This document shows positions 19,183-29,231 of a DNA stretch of 64,000 nucleotides, in pieces (the stretch's first letter is position 1; every line of letters starts with the position of its first letter). The position numbers and the translations under genes are program-made. The notes beneath the pieces were generated by a model. The model had not been told where the DNA came from, made no database searches, and was given only the letters and a program-made list of their open reading frames with translations. The DNA is taken from contig OZ244065.1 in the NCBI GenBank assembly GCA_965215505.1, positions 1,536,001 to 1,600,000 on the forward strand. Direction: 5' to 3'. The DNA is from Capsulimonadaceae bacterium (GTDB lineage: Bacteria > Armatimonadota > Armatimonadia > Armatimonadales > Capsulimonadaceae).

Positions 19183-19662
19183 TTAATACCCCATGTCGAG
19201 TTCCTGCGCTTGCGCTGTCAGCTCGTCAAGGGCTGCTAGTCTGACCTCATCATCACGCTTCTTGTACTCCATCAAATCGCTGCGAAGAATGTAGCGTTGG
19301 GTCCCAACGATGCGGAAAGGTAGCTGACCCTCCGTGAGCAGGCCGATGAGGTAAGCTTGGGACACCTTGAGAATCCAAGCCGCCTCCTGGGTCGTTAGTT
19401 CCGCGCTCACCGGAGTAATGGCGATGGCGTTCCCCTGCCCCATCTGCGTTAGGATGTCTAATAACAGCCGAGAGGCGGTGGCAGTAAGCTCAACGACCTC
19501 ATCTGGTTTGCCACCCTTAGCGAGTTGAAGAGTGAGGCTAGGATGTGACAGCAAATATACCGCAATGCGCCGACTGGCTTCTTTAGCTTGTCGGCGTTCG
19601 TCTTCAGTGGACACGGGTGGCGATGTCGAAAAGCTGACGGGGTTTACAGGATCATTGTTCAT
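19183..19662 (-). CDS. Excisionase-type HTH DNA-binding protein (antitoxin-like)
   Basis: ELTTQEAAWILKVSQAYLIGLL...LDELTAQAQELDMGY, the pattern of HTH partners of PIN toxins. Confidence 0.82.
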   Translation of the reverse strand: MNNDPVNPVSFSTSPPVSTEDERRQAKEASRRIAVYLLSHPSLTLQLAKGGKPDEVVELTATASRLLLDILTQMGQGNAIAITPVSAELTTQEAAWILKVSQAYLIGLLTEGQLPFRIVGTQRYILRSDLMEYKKRDDEVRLAALDELTAQAQELDMGY

Positions 19663-20193
19663 CTAGTACTGGTTTTTGAACTCCAGCGGATTCTCGTCAT
19701 GCGGTATGCCCTGAGCCAAACACAAATAGTTTTTCGTGGCCTTCGGCGTCATGGGTATTGATCTTGCGCTGGCAAGAGAAGAAAGCAGCCCAAAATACGC
19801 ATCGAAAGTTGCATCCTCCAGGGCCACGGCGACCCAAGCTGCTTTAGCCCCCTTTGCATCTTCCGCCGACTTCGCGAACTCAGCGTCACCACCTTGAATC
19901 AAGTTGTATGCGGGATTGAGTTTCCCATTCGCTGTGTATTTGTTGCGGGTCTTGACGCTGATGACGTAGCGCACACCATCCTTCTCTGCGTAGATATCTG
20001 CATACTTGTGATTGGCATGCGTCTTGTTCAGGTTTTCAATGTTTACAAATCCGTTAGTCGCCAGAGCTTGCTCTGCAAGCTTTTCGCCGATCTTTCCGTT
20101 GCTCCGGCTTCTAGCGGCTGTTGATGCGTCCTGGACGCAGATGTAGTTTCTCAAAGCTTCCCCCAGAAATAACTCTCGCCCTATACGGCTCAT
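19663..20193 (-). CDS. Putative PD-(D/E)XK nuclease (start uncertain)
   Basis: GKIGEKLA...ADIYAEK...ISVKTR fits an E...D...(S)xK catalytic layout; low GC. Confidence 0.65.
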   Translation of the reverse strand: MSRIGRELFLGEALRNYICVQDASTAARSRSNGKIGEKLAEQALATNGFVNIENLNKTHANHKYADIYAEKDGVRYVISVKTRNKYTANGKLNPAYNLIQGGDAEFAKSAEDAKGAKAAWVAVALEDATFDAYFGLLSSLASARSIPMTPKATKNYLCLAQGIPHDENPLEFKNQY

Positions 20194-20349
20194 CGGGCGG
20201 TTCCGCTGCGTCTACGTTCCATGCACGACTGCCGTTCTCCTGCCTATCACCTCCCCACACCTACCACCCGAAAAGCAGGACTCCACCGCACCGAACGCCA
20301 ATAGGGGCACAAGCCCTTTGGGGCGCATGTTCTTCTTGGGAGGTACTCT

Positions 20350-21276
20350 GTGGAGAAGTTGATCAAAGCCAAAGTCGAAGCGGGCCGCGTGGCGATCCAC
20401 TGGCTCGGCCAGGGCGGGTTCGCCTTCAAGGACCACGCCGGGGACGTCATCGTCGTGGACCCCTACCTATCGGACAGCGCGAACGCCGACGGCAGCGCGG
20501 CCCGGCTCGTGGACATCCCCGTCCGGCCCAAAGAGGTGAGGCTGGACTATCTGTTCCTGACGCACGACCACCAGGACCACACCGACCCGCACTCCGCCCC
20601 GGCCATCGCGCAGGCGAACCCCGAGGCCCCCATCATCTGCCCGCCCTCTTCGTGCCACCACCTGACCAAGCTGGGCGTGCCGTCCTCGCAGATCACCACG
20701 GCCATGCCGGGGCAGTCCCTGGCCTTCCCGAACTTCGTGGCCCATGTGGTCGCCGCCCAGCATTCCGAGGACAGCGTGGGCTTCGTCTTCGAGTTCGGCA
20801 ACGAGGGCAGCAACTCGGACACGGTCTCGGTCTACATCACCGGGGACACCGAGTACAACGATGGCCTGGCTGCCGCTGTCGAGGAATACGGCCCGGAAGT
20901 CCTGCTGGTGCCCATCAACGGCCGCTGGGGCAACATGAGTGCCGCCGACGCCGCGAAGCTCTCCGCCCTCATCGCCCCGCGCGAGGTGATCCCGATGCAC
21001 TACGGCATGTTCGCCGAGAACACGGCTGACCCCAGCGACTTCGTCAGCGCCTTAGCCGAGGCGACGGACTCCAGTCCCGACACCGTCGCGGTCGTGATGA
21101 AGCACAACGCCTGCCACATCTACTGCCCTGCCGAGGCCGTCCAGGGCAAGCACGCCCGGACAGAGGCCCGCGCGGCCCGCGCCAGGGCCGCTCGCGTCAG
21201 CCACCAGCACCAGGACGGCCTGCGCGGCCCGAACGGTGGCAGCGGCGTCAACCGGGGCGGGGGCAGGGCGCACTAA
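20350..21276 (+). CDS. MBL-fold metallo-hydrolase (UlaG-like)
   Basis: WLGQGGF, THDHQDH, YITGDT, IPMHYGMF. Confidence 0.88.
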   Translation: MEKLIKAKVEAGRVAIHWLGQGGFAFKDHAGDVIVVDPYLSDSANADGSAARLVDIPVRPKEVRLDYLFLTHDHQDHTDPHSAPAIAQANPEAPIICPPSSCHHLTKLGVPSSQITTAMPGQSLAFPNFVAHVVAAQHSEDSVGFVFEFGNEGSNSDTVSVYITGDTEYNDGLAAAVEEYGPEVLLVPINGRWGNMSAADAAKLSALIAPREVIPMHYGMFAENTADPSDFVSALAEATDSSPDTVAVVMKHNACHIYCPAEAVQGKHARTEARAARARAARVSHQHQDGLRGPNGGSGVNRGGGRAH

Positions 21277-21291
21277 GAGGTCCTGGTGACG

Positions 21292-21330
21292 GACGCAGGC
21301 CCCGGCACTTCCTGTGCCGGGGCCTGCGTC
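21292..21330. terminator. Bidirectional terminator
   Basis: 17-bp stem GACGCAGGCCCCGGCAC/GTGCCGGGGCCTGCGTC between convergent genes. Confidence 0.75.
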
Positions 21331-21337
21331 GTTGTTT

Positions 21338-21997
21338 CTAGCGCGCCGAGGCGCTCTGCGCGGCCGTGGCAGCCGTCGCCTTCGTGATGGCGTCGGCGAG
21401 GTCGGTCGTCGGGCCGCCGTAGCCGACGAAGCTGGTGACCACCTTGCCGTCCTTGCCGATGACGTACTGGGTCGGGATGCCGGAGACGTGGTACAGGTGG
21501 CCGGTCGCGTTCGGGTCGCCCCGCTTGGACGGGTCAATGGCGAACGTGATGGAGTCATATTCCGGATGCTGCGGCAGCCAGCCGTCGAACGCGGTCTGGG
21601 TGTCCGACACGCAGACGGCCAGCACGACCACCCCCTTGTCGGCGAACTGCTTGGCGACCTCGTTGGTGTGCGGCAGGGATCGCCGGCACGGCGGGCACCA
21701 GGTCGCCCAAAAGTCCAGGACGACGACCTTCCCCTTGTAATCCGAGAGCTTGACGGGGCCGCCTTTTTTGTCCTGGACCGTGAAGTCCGGCGCGGGCGTC
21801 CCCGTCGCCAGCAGGGCGGGCCGCGCGGCCGGTGCGGTCGGTGGGACCTTCAAGTGCTTGGCGTGGGCCGCCGCCTTGGTCGGAGCCGGCGCGGGGGCGG
21901 CCCCCACCGCCGAAGGCAGGAAGGCGAGGGCGGACAGGAGCAAAACGGGCGCGAGCGGTGCGGGGAACGACCGGCGGACCCTGGGACGCAGTAACAT
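21338..21997 (-). CDS. TlpA-family thiol-disulfide oxidoreductase
   Basis: Signal peptide; APDFT, LDFWATWCPPC. Confidence 0.9.
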   Translation of the reverse strand: MLLRPRVRRSFPAPLAPVLLLSALAFLPSAVGAAPAPAPTKAAAHAKHLKVPPTAPAARPALLATGTPAPDFTVQDKKGGPVKLSDYKGKVVVLDFWATWCPPCRRSLPHTNEVAKQFADKGVVVLAVCVSDTQTAFDGWLPQHPEYDSITFAIDPSKRGDPNATGHLYHVSGIPTQYVIGKDGKVVTSFVGYGGPTTDLADAITKATAATAAQSASAR

Positions 21998-22123
21998 GGC
22001 AGTGTTTCTCCTCGGCGGGCGAATGAAGTCTTGGAGCGTAGTACTGGAGTCACTATAGCACACGCCCGTGAGGCTGTCAACGAAGTGGCGGGCCAGACTA
22101 GGGATAGCAGGTATAATAGGCGC

Positions 22124-23317
22124 ATGAACGACCAGTACGACGTGATCATCTGTGGGGCGGGGCCGGCGGGGGCCTGCGCGGGTTACGAGGCCGCCTCGGC
22201 GGGGCTGAAGGCGCTGATCTTAGAGAAGCGGACACTGCCACGCTACAAGACCTGCGGCGGGGGCGTCCCGCTGACGGTCGCGAACGACCTGCCCAAACTC
22301 GTCCCCGAGGCGTTCGTCGAGGCGACCGTCACCCACCTGCGGCACACCTGGGACTTCGAGGACGCCCACGTCGCGCCGCTGAACCCGGACCCGGACCAGC
22401 CGCCGATGAGCCTGTGGATGGTGCAGCGGAGCGTCTTCGACAACGCCCTCACCGAACGGGCCGCGCGGGCGGGCTGCGACGTGCGCGACGGCGTCTCGGT
22501 CAAGTCGGTCGAGCCGGAAGGCGAGACGCGCGTTCGCGTGATGACGGCGGGCGGCGAGGTCTACCACGCCGCCCATGTCGTCGGCGCGGACGGTGCGAAC
22601 GGCATCGTCGCGCGCATGGCCGGCCTCCGCCCTCAGCGGCTGCTGGCGATCGCCCTGGAGGCCGAGATCCCGCACGAGTGGGGCCGAGGCCACGAGACGC
22701 TGCGGCCCCACGTCGCTCACCTGGAATACGCGGTTAAGCAGGGCTACGCCTGGGTCTTCCCCAAGGCCGGACACCTCTCAGTCGGCGCGGGCACTTTCGG
22801 GCGGCGCTCGGCGGAAGGGAAAGGCGAGGCCAGTAAGGAGGAGCTGGCGCGCTGGATCGTCGGCTACCTGGAGGCACTGGGCGTGCCGACGCGGCGCGAG
22901 GAGATCGAGTTCCACGGCCACCCCCTGCCGATCTGGGGCGGGGCGGATCCCGTCACCGCCTGGGGCGGGCGCGTCCTGCTGGCGGGGGACGCCGCTGGGC
23001 TGGTCAACCCGCTCTTCGGCGACGGTATTTCCTATGCCTGCCGGTCGGGCGCTCTGGCGGGCCGGGCCGTCGCGGCGGGCGAGGCCGCCCGGTGGACCGA
23101 GGCGCTGCGGGCGGAACTCGGGGCGAGCCACGACGCCGCACTTTCCATCGCCAAATTCTTCTACCAGTTCCCGCGCGTCTGCTACACAATGGGCGTCAAG
23201 AGTCCCACCGGGACGCGCACGGCGGGCCGGCTGATCGGCGGCGACCTCCGCTTCGACAGCATCCTGGAGCGCCTGCCCTGGAAGCGGATGATGGCCGGGT
23301 CAAAGCTTGCCTGGTGA
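22124..23317 (+). CDS. Geranylgeranyl-reductase-family flavoprotein
   Basis: GAGPAG, KTCGGG, GADGANG, LAGDAAGLVNPLFGDGI. Confidence 0.88.
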   Translation: MNDQYDVIICGAGPAGACAGYEAASAGLKALILEKRTLPRYKTCGGGVPLTVANDLPKLVPEAFVEATVTHLRHTWDFEDAHVAPLNPDPDQPPMSLWMVQRSVFDNALTERAARAGCDVRDGVSVKSVEPEGETRVRVMTAGGEVYHAAHVVGADGANGIVARMAGLRPQRLLAIALEAEIPHEWGRGHETLRPHVAHLEYAVKQGYAWVFPKAGHLSVGAGTFGRRSAEGKGEASKEELARWIVGYLEALGVPTRREEIEFHGHPLPIWGGADPVTAWGGRVLLAGDAAGLVNPLFGDGISYACRSGALAGRAVAAGEAARWTEALRAELGASHDAALSIAKFFYQFPRVCYTMGVKSPTGTRTAGRLIGGDLRFDSILERLPWKRMMAGSKLAW

Positions 23318-23433
23318 GGCCGAAAAAATCTTCGGGCCTGAGAAGGAAACCGTTTGGCGAATGCGGAAATAGGACCCGGAACGACCGGCCGAGGCTCCCG
23401 CCCGGCGGCAGCCACCACAGAGAGGACAGGAAC

Positions 23434-23628
23434 ATGGCTTTCAGCGTCAAAAGCAAGAAGAACGGCACGGAGTACTATCTGCACGGGAGGGACGCCGCCA
23501 ACGGCAAAACCAAGCTCTATTTCTTTTCCAAAGAAGTGAAAGACGGGTCTATGGATGCGCTGCCCGAAGGCTACGAGGTGTCCGAGAACTCACTCACCGG
23601 CCTCCCCATCCTCAAGAAGAAGAAGTAA
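23434..23628 (+). CDS. Small hypothetical protein (64 aa)
   Basis: AGGA RBS, host-like codon usage, YYLH...LYFFSK...LPEGYEV.EN..TGLPILKK. Confidence 0.7.
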   Translation: MAFSVKSKKNGTEYYLHGRDAANGKTKLYFFSKEVKDGSMDALPEGYEVSENSLTGLPILKKKK

Positions 23629-23707
23629 TCATCCGTGTCCCATTGCTGGCGCAAGACATTCGCGCCAGCAACCCGTTCTCCTAAAACAGCAATAGAAAGC
23701 CGTCGTC

Positions 23708-24145
23708 ATGCTCGCCCCCGATGGCCGCCCCCCGACCTTCCGCTTGCCGGACGGGCGAGGGCAGACGGCGGCGCTCGCCGACTTCCTCGGTCGCCGCCGG
23801 ATCGTCCTGGCCTTCAACCCCGACGGCACAGCCGCCGACGCCCTCGCGGGGGAGACCGACGGCCTGAACGACCGTGACATGGTCGCACTCATCATCCTGC
23901 CGCCCGGTCACCCCCTTTCCTCCGCCTCATCCCCTCCGCCGATATGGACTCTGATTGATGAAGGCAGCCGTGTGGCCGCCGCCTACGGCGCACCCGCTGA
24001 GGGTTCGCTCTTCTGCCTCATCGGCAAAGACGGCACGATCAAGCAGAGCGGCCCGACGGTTCCGACACCGGCTGAACTGTTCGAGACGGTTGACGTCATG
24101 CCCATGCGGCGGCGGGAGATGCGGGAAAAAGGCGGGCACGGCTAA
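23708..24145 (+). CDS. Thioredoxin-like / DUF4174-type protein
   Basis: LADFLGRRRIVL, LIGKDGTIK, VDVMPMRRREM. Confidence 0.6.
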   Translation: MLAPDGRPPTFRLPDGRGQTAALADFLGRRRIVLAFNPDGTAADALAGETDGLNDRDMVALIILPPGHPLSSASSPPPIWTLIDEGSRVAAAYGAPAEGSLFCLIGKDGTIKQSGPTVPTPAELFETVDVMPMRRREMREKGGHG

Positions 24146-25794
24146 CGCGGCGGCTTGCTCAAAATCTGGCTCACCGGGCGGTAGACCAGGGCCGGGTCAA
24201 TCGTGGCAGGCGGGTCGCTCGGGTCCTGGATGACCCAGACCAGGTAGTACTGATCCAGGACGGACGGCGGCATCTGCGGGGGGTGCGAGAAGGCGATAAT
24301 GGCGGTCGGGCGGCGGCGCTTCAGGATCTGATAGAGCGGGTCACCGGGGAACATCCAGCGCTCGTCGTCCACGCCCCAGGTCCCCTTGTAAGACGCCGGG
24401 AGGCGGGCGATCTCGGGGTCGGTCAGCCCGCGCACGTCGATAAACTTTTTGTCCAGGTTCTTATACCCGGCGTAGCCCATCTCGGAGTAGGCGATGACGC
24501 CGCCTGCGGGCAGCACATCATGGATGTAGTGGTTCGCGGCGATCCACTTGCGCCCCAAAGCATTGTCGGCGGGCAGCAAGTCGGCGCTCGCCGTCGAGAA
24601 TCGGGCGTTCGCCCAGGGGTCGTGTGGGGATACGGCCGCGCAGACGACCCAGAGGGCGAACACGAAGACCGGCGCGGCGGCCGTTCTTATCAGTCCAGAC
24701 CCGCGCAGCCGGCGCAGGCCCAGCACCTGCAAGACGGCCAGCAGCGGCACGACCGTCACGACGAACCGCCAGCCCGGCATCCAGTCGCCCCCGAAGTGCA
24801 GCACGAACGCGATCTGCGCCAGAACGGCGGCGGGCAGCACGAGCCGCCACCATCCCCCACCCCGGCGCGCGCAGCCGGCCAGGGCCAGCCCCCAAAAAAC
24901 CACCGTACCCGCCGCCTGCCACTGCGTGGACCAGAGCGGTACGGGGAAGGTGAGGTAATTCCAGGCGACCCAGACCGGCGACAGCGGGTGCAGCAGGTAC
25001 AATGGCCCCCACAGCCAGGCGTACTGCGACGTCACCTGCTTGGCATAATAGGTGTTCGGCACGACCTGCCCGTAATAGGCGAAGCGCGCCAGGAGCAGGC
25101 CCACCGCCGGCAGCAGGAGCGCCGAGGCCCAGCCCATCAGGTCCCACCAAGGCAGTCGCTTCCGTGCTGTCAAGAACAGCCGCACCAGGAGCAAAGCGGC
25201 GAACAGCCCCGCCGCGTCGGGCCGCGCCAGGAGTGCCAGGAAGAGCAGGCCCGCCGAGCGGACGCCGCCGCGTCCTTCCACCTCACGCCCGAAGGCCAGG
25301 ACGGAACCCAGCACGAGGCACACGGCCAGTGTCGTCTCCATGCCGTTGACGGCGGCCAGGGCGAAGTTGTTGCTGACGGCGACGAGCGCCTGTGCCAGCA
25401 CGCCCTCGCCGCCCGACAGGCCCACGGCGCGGGCCAGCCGCCCCGTCTGCCACAGGGCCAATGCGGCCAGAGCCAGGCCCAGCAGCTTCGCTTTGAAGAG
25501 GATGTCTATGGAGGGGGCGAGCTTCAGGAGCAGCGCCATGAGCAGCAGGTGGAGCGGGCTGGAAAAACCTTCCACCCGCTCGCCGACGTTGAAGACCGGC
25601 CCATGACCGGCGAGGAGGTTGGCGGCGTAGCGGTAGGTGATGAACGGGTCATCCGTCGTGACACAGAAGACCGAGTTGGCCCCCACAAAGAGGGCGAGGT
25701 ACGGAACGGCAAAGGCCGCCCCTCGGAGGGCGGCCTTCGGCGTCAGCCGCGCCGGGACAACGGTGGGGATGTCCAGGCTAGGCGACATACTCAT
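24142..25794 (-). CDS. Polytopic GT-C-type membrane glycosyltransferase (AftB-like)
   Basis: DDPFITYRYAANL, GERVEGFSSPL, GMET, PNTYYAK, GGDWMPGWRF. Confidence 0.75.
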   Translation of the reverse strand: MSMSPSLDIPTVVPARLTPKAALRGAAFAVPYLALFVGANSVFCVTTDDPFITYRYAANLLAGHGPVFNVGERVEGFSSPLHLLLMALLLKLAPSIDILFKAKLLGLALAALALWQTGRLARAVGLSGGEGVLAQALVAVSNNFALAAVNGMETTLAVCLVLGSVLAFGREVEGRGGVRSAGLLFLALLARPDAAGLFAALLLVRLFLTARKRLPWWDLMGWASALLLPAVGLLLARFAYYGQVVPNTYYAKQVTSQYAWLWGPLYLLHPLSPVWVAWNYLTFPVPLWSTQWQAAGTVVFWGLALAGCARRGGGWWRLVLPAAVLAQIAFVLHFGGDWMPGWRFVVTVVPLLAVLQVLGLRRLRGSGLIRTAAAPVFVFALWVVCAAVSPHDPWANARFSTASADLLPADNALGRKWIAANHYIHDVLPAGGVIAYSEMGYAGYKNLDKKFIDVRGLTDPEIARLPASYKGTWGVDDERWMFPGDPLYQILKRRRPTAIIAFSHPPQMPPSVLDQYYLVWVIQDPSDPPATIDPALVYRPVSQILSKPPR

Positions 25795-26899
25795 ACCGGG
25801 TATTGCGGCGGCGGGCGGTGTAACCGGCGTCCGTGATCAGCCGCTCGATCTCCTCGATGGGCACGGTGAAGACGCAGCCCGCCGTGGAAACGACGTTCTC
25901 CTCCATCATCGTGCTGCCGAAGTCATTGACCCCGTAGCGCAGCGAGAGCTGCCCGATGCGCGGCCCCTGCGTCACCCACGAGGCCTGGATGTTCGGGAAG
26001 TTGTCCAGGAAGATGCGCGAGATCGCAATGGTCCGCATGTAGTCGAAGGCCGAGGCGCGCGTCCCGCCAAGCTCCGTCCCGTCCGGCTGGTAGTTCCACG
26101 CGATGAAGGCGGTAAAGGCCGCGGGCGCACCCGCCAGCGACTCGTCCTGCAAGTCGCGCAGCTTCTGCAAATGCTCCACGCGGTCTTCCAGGGTATCCAC
26201 CGAGCCGTACATCATGGTCGCCGACGACCGCAGGCCGACCTTGTGGGCGACTCGCATGCAGTCCAGCCACTCCTCCGCTGAGTCCTTATAGGGGGCGATC
26301 CACTGCCGCACCCGGTCCGTCAGCACTTCCGCCCCGCCGCCGGGGACAGAGTGCAGGCCGGCGGCCTTGAGCCGCGTCAGGGTCTCCTCCATCGTCAGCT
26401 TGTTCAGCTTCTTGATGTAGATGATCTCGGCCGGCGAAAGGGCGTGCAGGATGACGTTCGGGAACCGCTCCATGATCGCCCGGAACAGGTCTTCGTACCA
26501 ATCTATCTTGAGCTTGGGGTTCAGACCGCCCTGCATCAGTATCTCGATGCCGCCGACGTCCACCATCTCCTGTATCTTCTGGAAAATGGTTTCGCGCGGC
26601 AGGATGTAGCCGCCCTCCGCGCCGGGGATGCGGTAAAAGTTGCAGAAGCTGCACCGGACGTAGCAGACGTTGGTGTAGTTGATGTTGCGCCCGACGATAT
26701 AGGAGACGCTGTTCTCCGGGTGCTTCTGCGTCCGCACGAAGTCGGCGAGCTGCCCTAGCTCCACGATGTTCGGGTGGTGGAACAGCCGCAGGGCGTCCGC
26801 ACCCGTGATCCTTTCGCCGGCATAGACCTTGTCGGCGATGTCGTCAATGCCGCTCACTAAGGGGGCAGCAAGTTCCAGTTCTCGTTCCAAAAGTGCCAT
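25778..26899 (-). CDS. mqnC: Cyclic dehypoxanthinyl futalosine synthase (radical SAM)
   Basis: NINYTNVCYVRCSFCNF, NIQASWVTQG, GVNDFGSTMMEENVV. Confidence 0.9.
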   Translation of the reverse strand: MALLERELELAAPLVSGIDDIADKVYAGERITGADALRLFHHPNIVELGQLADFVRTQKHPENSVSYIVGRNINYTNVCYVRCSFCNFYRIPGAEGGYILPRETIFQKIQEMVDVGGIEILMQGGLNPKLKIDWYEDLFRAIMERFPNVILHALSPAEIIYIKKLNKLTMEETLTRLKAAGLHSVPGGGAEVLTDRVRQWIAPYKDSAEEWLDCMRVAHKVGLRSSATMMYGSVDTLEDRVEHLQKLRDLQDESLAGAPAAFTAFIAWNYQPDGTELGGTRASAFDYMRTIAISRIFLDNFPNIQASWVTQGPRIGQLSLRYGVNDFGSTMMEENVVSTAGCVFTVPIEEIERLITDAGYTARRRNTRYEYVA

Positions 26900-26918
26900 C
26901 AGGAGTCACCTTTCCAGA

Positions 26919-28115
26919 CTACGCCATCGCCAGGGGAATCGCCGCCGCCTTGCGGGCCACGTCATCGTGCCGCACCGGGTCGTTCAGCTCGTCCTCGGCG
27001 TCAGGCCGAATGACCTCGTTGTAGAAGCTGTCGCGCTCGACCGGCGTCCGCCCGGCCTCCACGATGAGGTTGACCAGTTGGGGCCGCGTCAGGACTTGCT
27101 GCTTGTTGCCCTGCTCGCCGTCCTTGTAGGTGATCTCGTACTCGTGGATCGTGCCGTCGAGGTCGTCCGCGCCGTACCACTGGGCGAGCTGCGAGACCTG
27201 GGGCGTGTTCATGATCCAGAACGTCTTGACGTGCTGGAAGTTGTCCAGCATCAGCCGCGAGATCGCGATGTTCCGCAGGTCGCCGTCGCCGGTCGGGTGC
27301 GGCAGGTCCGCGAGCTGCGTCCCCTCCGGATGGAACGAGAGCGGGGTGAACGTGACGAAGTGCCCCGTCTCATCCTGCAAGGCGCGCATCTTGACCAGAT
27401 GCTCGACGCGCTCGGGGATCGTCTCGATGTGGCCGTAGAGCATCGTCGCGTACTGCGGCAGGCCCGCCGCCGCCGCCGCCTTGGAGATGTCAATCCACTG
27501 GTCCCCGGACAGCTTGCGCCCGAACAGCTCCATATGGACCCGCTCGGAAAGAATCTCGATGCCGCCGCCCGGCAACGAGTCCAGCCCGGCCTCTTGGAGA
27601 TCGGCGAAGACTTCGGGCAGCGGCTTGTTCGCCTGCCGCTGGATCTCGGCGATCTCGACGCAGGTGAACGCCTTGATGTGGACGTCGGGCCGGATGGCCT
27701 TGACACCCCGCAGCAGGTCCAGATAATACTGATACGGCAGCTTGGGGTTGATCCCCGCCACCATATGCACTTCCTTGATGGGGATGTCCAGGTGTGCCCG
27801 CAGGCGGTTCTGGACGTCCAGGATGCTCATGGTGTACGGGTCCGGCCCGCCCTTCTGCGCGTAGAAGGCGCAGAACTTGCAGCCCTTGTTGCAGACATTG
27901 GTGTAGTTGATGTGCTGGTTGCGGACGTAGTACGTCTTGTCCCCGTTCATCCGCTCCCGCACGATGTTCGCCAGCGCCCCGACCGCGTTCAGGTCCGGGT
28001 TCTCGTACAAGGCCAGCCCGTCGGCGGCGTCGAGACGCTGCCCGTCCATGACCTTGTCATAGATCCGGGTCAGCCCCGCCGTCCCGACCAGCTTCTCCGT
28101 CATTCGTCTGCTCAT
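26919..28115 (-). CDS. mqnE: Aminofutalosine synthase (radical SAM)
   Basis: HINYTNVCNKGCKFCAF, HIKAFTCVEI, HVKTFWIM, GRTPVERD. Confidence 0.88.
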   Translation of the reverse strand: MSRRMTEKLVGTAGLTRIYDKVMDGQRLDAADGLALYENPDLNAVGALANIVRERMNGDKTYYVRNQHINYTNVCNKGCKFCAFYAQKGGPDPYTMSILDVQNRLRAHLDIPIKEVHMVAGINPKLPYQYYLDLLRGVKAIRPDVHIKAFTCVEIAEIQRQANKPLPEVFADLQEAGLDSLPGGGIEILSERVHMELFGRKLSGDQWIDISKAAAAAGLPQYATMLYGHIETIPERVEHLVKMRALQDETGHFVTFTPLSFHPEGTQLADLPHPTGDGDLRNIAISRLMLDNFQHVKTFWIMNTPQVSQLAQWYGADDLDGTIHEYEITYKDGEQGNKQQVLTRPQLVNLIVEAGRTPVERDSFYNEVIRPDAEDELNDPVRHDDVARKAAAIPLAMA

Positions 28116-28304
28116 GCGGCTTCTTCCATTCTAGGACAATGCTCGCCCAAAGGGCGACATTGTGAATAAAGGCACAAAGTATTTTACCACATTATAACAC
28201 CGATACGATCCGAAATGTTCGCCCGCACATATACCTTATTTCGGTGGCTGCATCATAGGTGACAGACGGAGTATTCGGGGCCGCTCTGTATGGAGGGCAA
28301 ATGC

Positions 28305-28347
28305 GTCCAACAACTCCTACGGCTATAAGCCGTAGGAGTTGTTGGAC
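28305..28347. repeat. Perfect 20-bp inverted repeat with 3-nt spacer
   Basis: GTCCAACAACTCCTACGGCT-ATA-AGCCGTAGGAGTTGTTGGAC. Confidence 0.9.
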
Positions 28348-28823
28348 CCGGTACTAGTGATAGCAGTGCCTCGGGCGGTCTGCTTAGTCCAAGTCACATG
28401 GTTTCCCGTACCAGTCATTTGGATGCTGGACGTACTGCCGATGATGCGAAGGCGGTCATCGCTCCCACTGACCACGACCTTATCGCTTTCGCCATTCAAT
28501 GTGGTAATGTTTTGGCTTCCACAAAGCTCGATGCTGGTACAAGTGCCCCTCAAAGAGAGCCTGTTCTCACTTCCGCTAAGTTGAACTGTGCTGTGCTTGC
28601 AAAGGTAAGTCCACCGTTGGCCACTACCAACGAGGTTCAACGCGCGCCCTGCGGAACCCCCTCCATGCGCTCCAGTGTGTCTGACGATGTTGCGTTTCTG
28701 TCCGTTACCGGCATGAACAAAGCTACCAAAAGCAACAAGACCAGACAGCATGGCTGTGACAAGGAATCTGGTATGACGCAATATTCGAGGATGCGTAAGA
28801 TTTTGCAGGGCTGAAGGCTTCAA
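28323..28823 (-). CDS. Secreted beta-solenoid-like protein (DUF3060-like; start uncertain)
   Basis: Repeating xSGSxNxLxLxG units, hydrophobic leader, low GC. Confidence 0.6.
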   Translation of the reverse strand: MKPSALQNLTHPRILRHTRFLVTAMLSGLVAFGSFVHAGNGQKRNIVRHTGAHGGGSAGRALNLVGSGQRWTYLCKHSTVQLSGSENRLSLRGTCTSIELCGSQNITTLNGESDKVVVSGSDDRLRIIGSTSSIQMTGTGNHVTWTKQTARGTAITSTGSNNSYGL

Positions 28824-28846
28824 TCTGCGTATCTATCCATACTGGC

Positions 28847-29219
28847 TCAAGTTATCGGCTCGATTGTAACCTCACCGCCATCAATCACCCGGATACGCAG
28901 GACGCTCCCGTAGAGCAAGGACATCCCGACCAACGCGCCGCCTTCGGTGGCGTGAACGTAGATTAAGCGCCACTGATCGTGCCACAAGACCTCGGCTCGG
29001 TAGACCGCGACCTGTACCTCGCTCCCGTCTCCGAGTACGACCTGTGCCGTGTGGACCTGTTTCAAACCCAGACGGGCGATTACCTGCGATGAGAGTGTTA
29101 AACACTCCGTGAACCCGGTGTCCAGGACCGCTGCGAAATCTTCTTGCTGTTCCTCAGCGCCGCGAATCCTCGATAGGAATGACTGCTTCGCGGTCTGCGG
29201 TGACTTTGCCTGTGATTAA
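28847..29219 (-). pseudogene. Clan AA (retropepsin-like) aspartic protease, frameshifted
   Basis: (L)ITGKVTADREAVIPI / frameshift near 29171 / RIRG...VLDTGFTE...ALVGMSLL; TTA where the start codon is expected. Confidence 0.75.
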
Positions 29220-29231
29220 AATACCGGCCCC

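Noticed and set aside
19183-19662. Prophage or ICE suggested by the excisionase-like gene
   Set aside because: No integrase, att sites or phage genes nearby; this HTH type is typically TA-associated.
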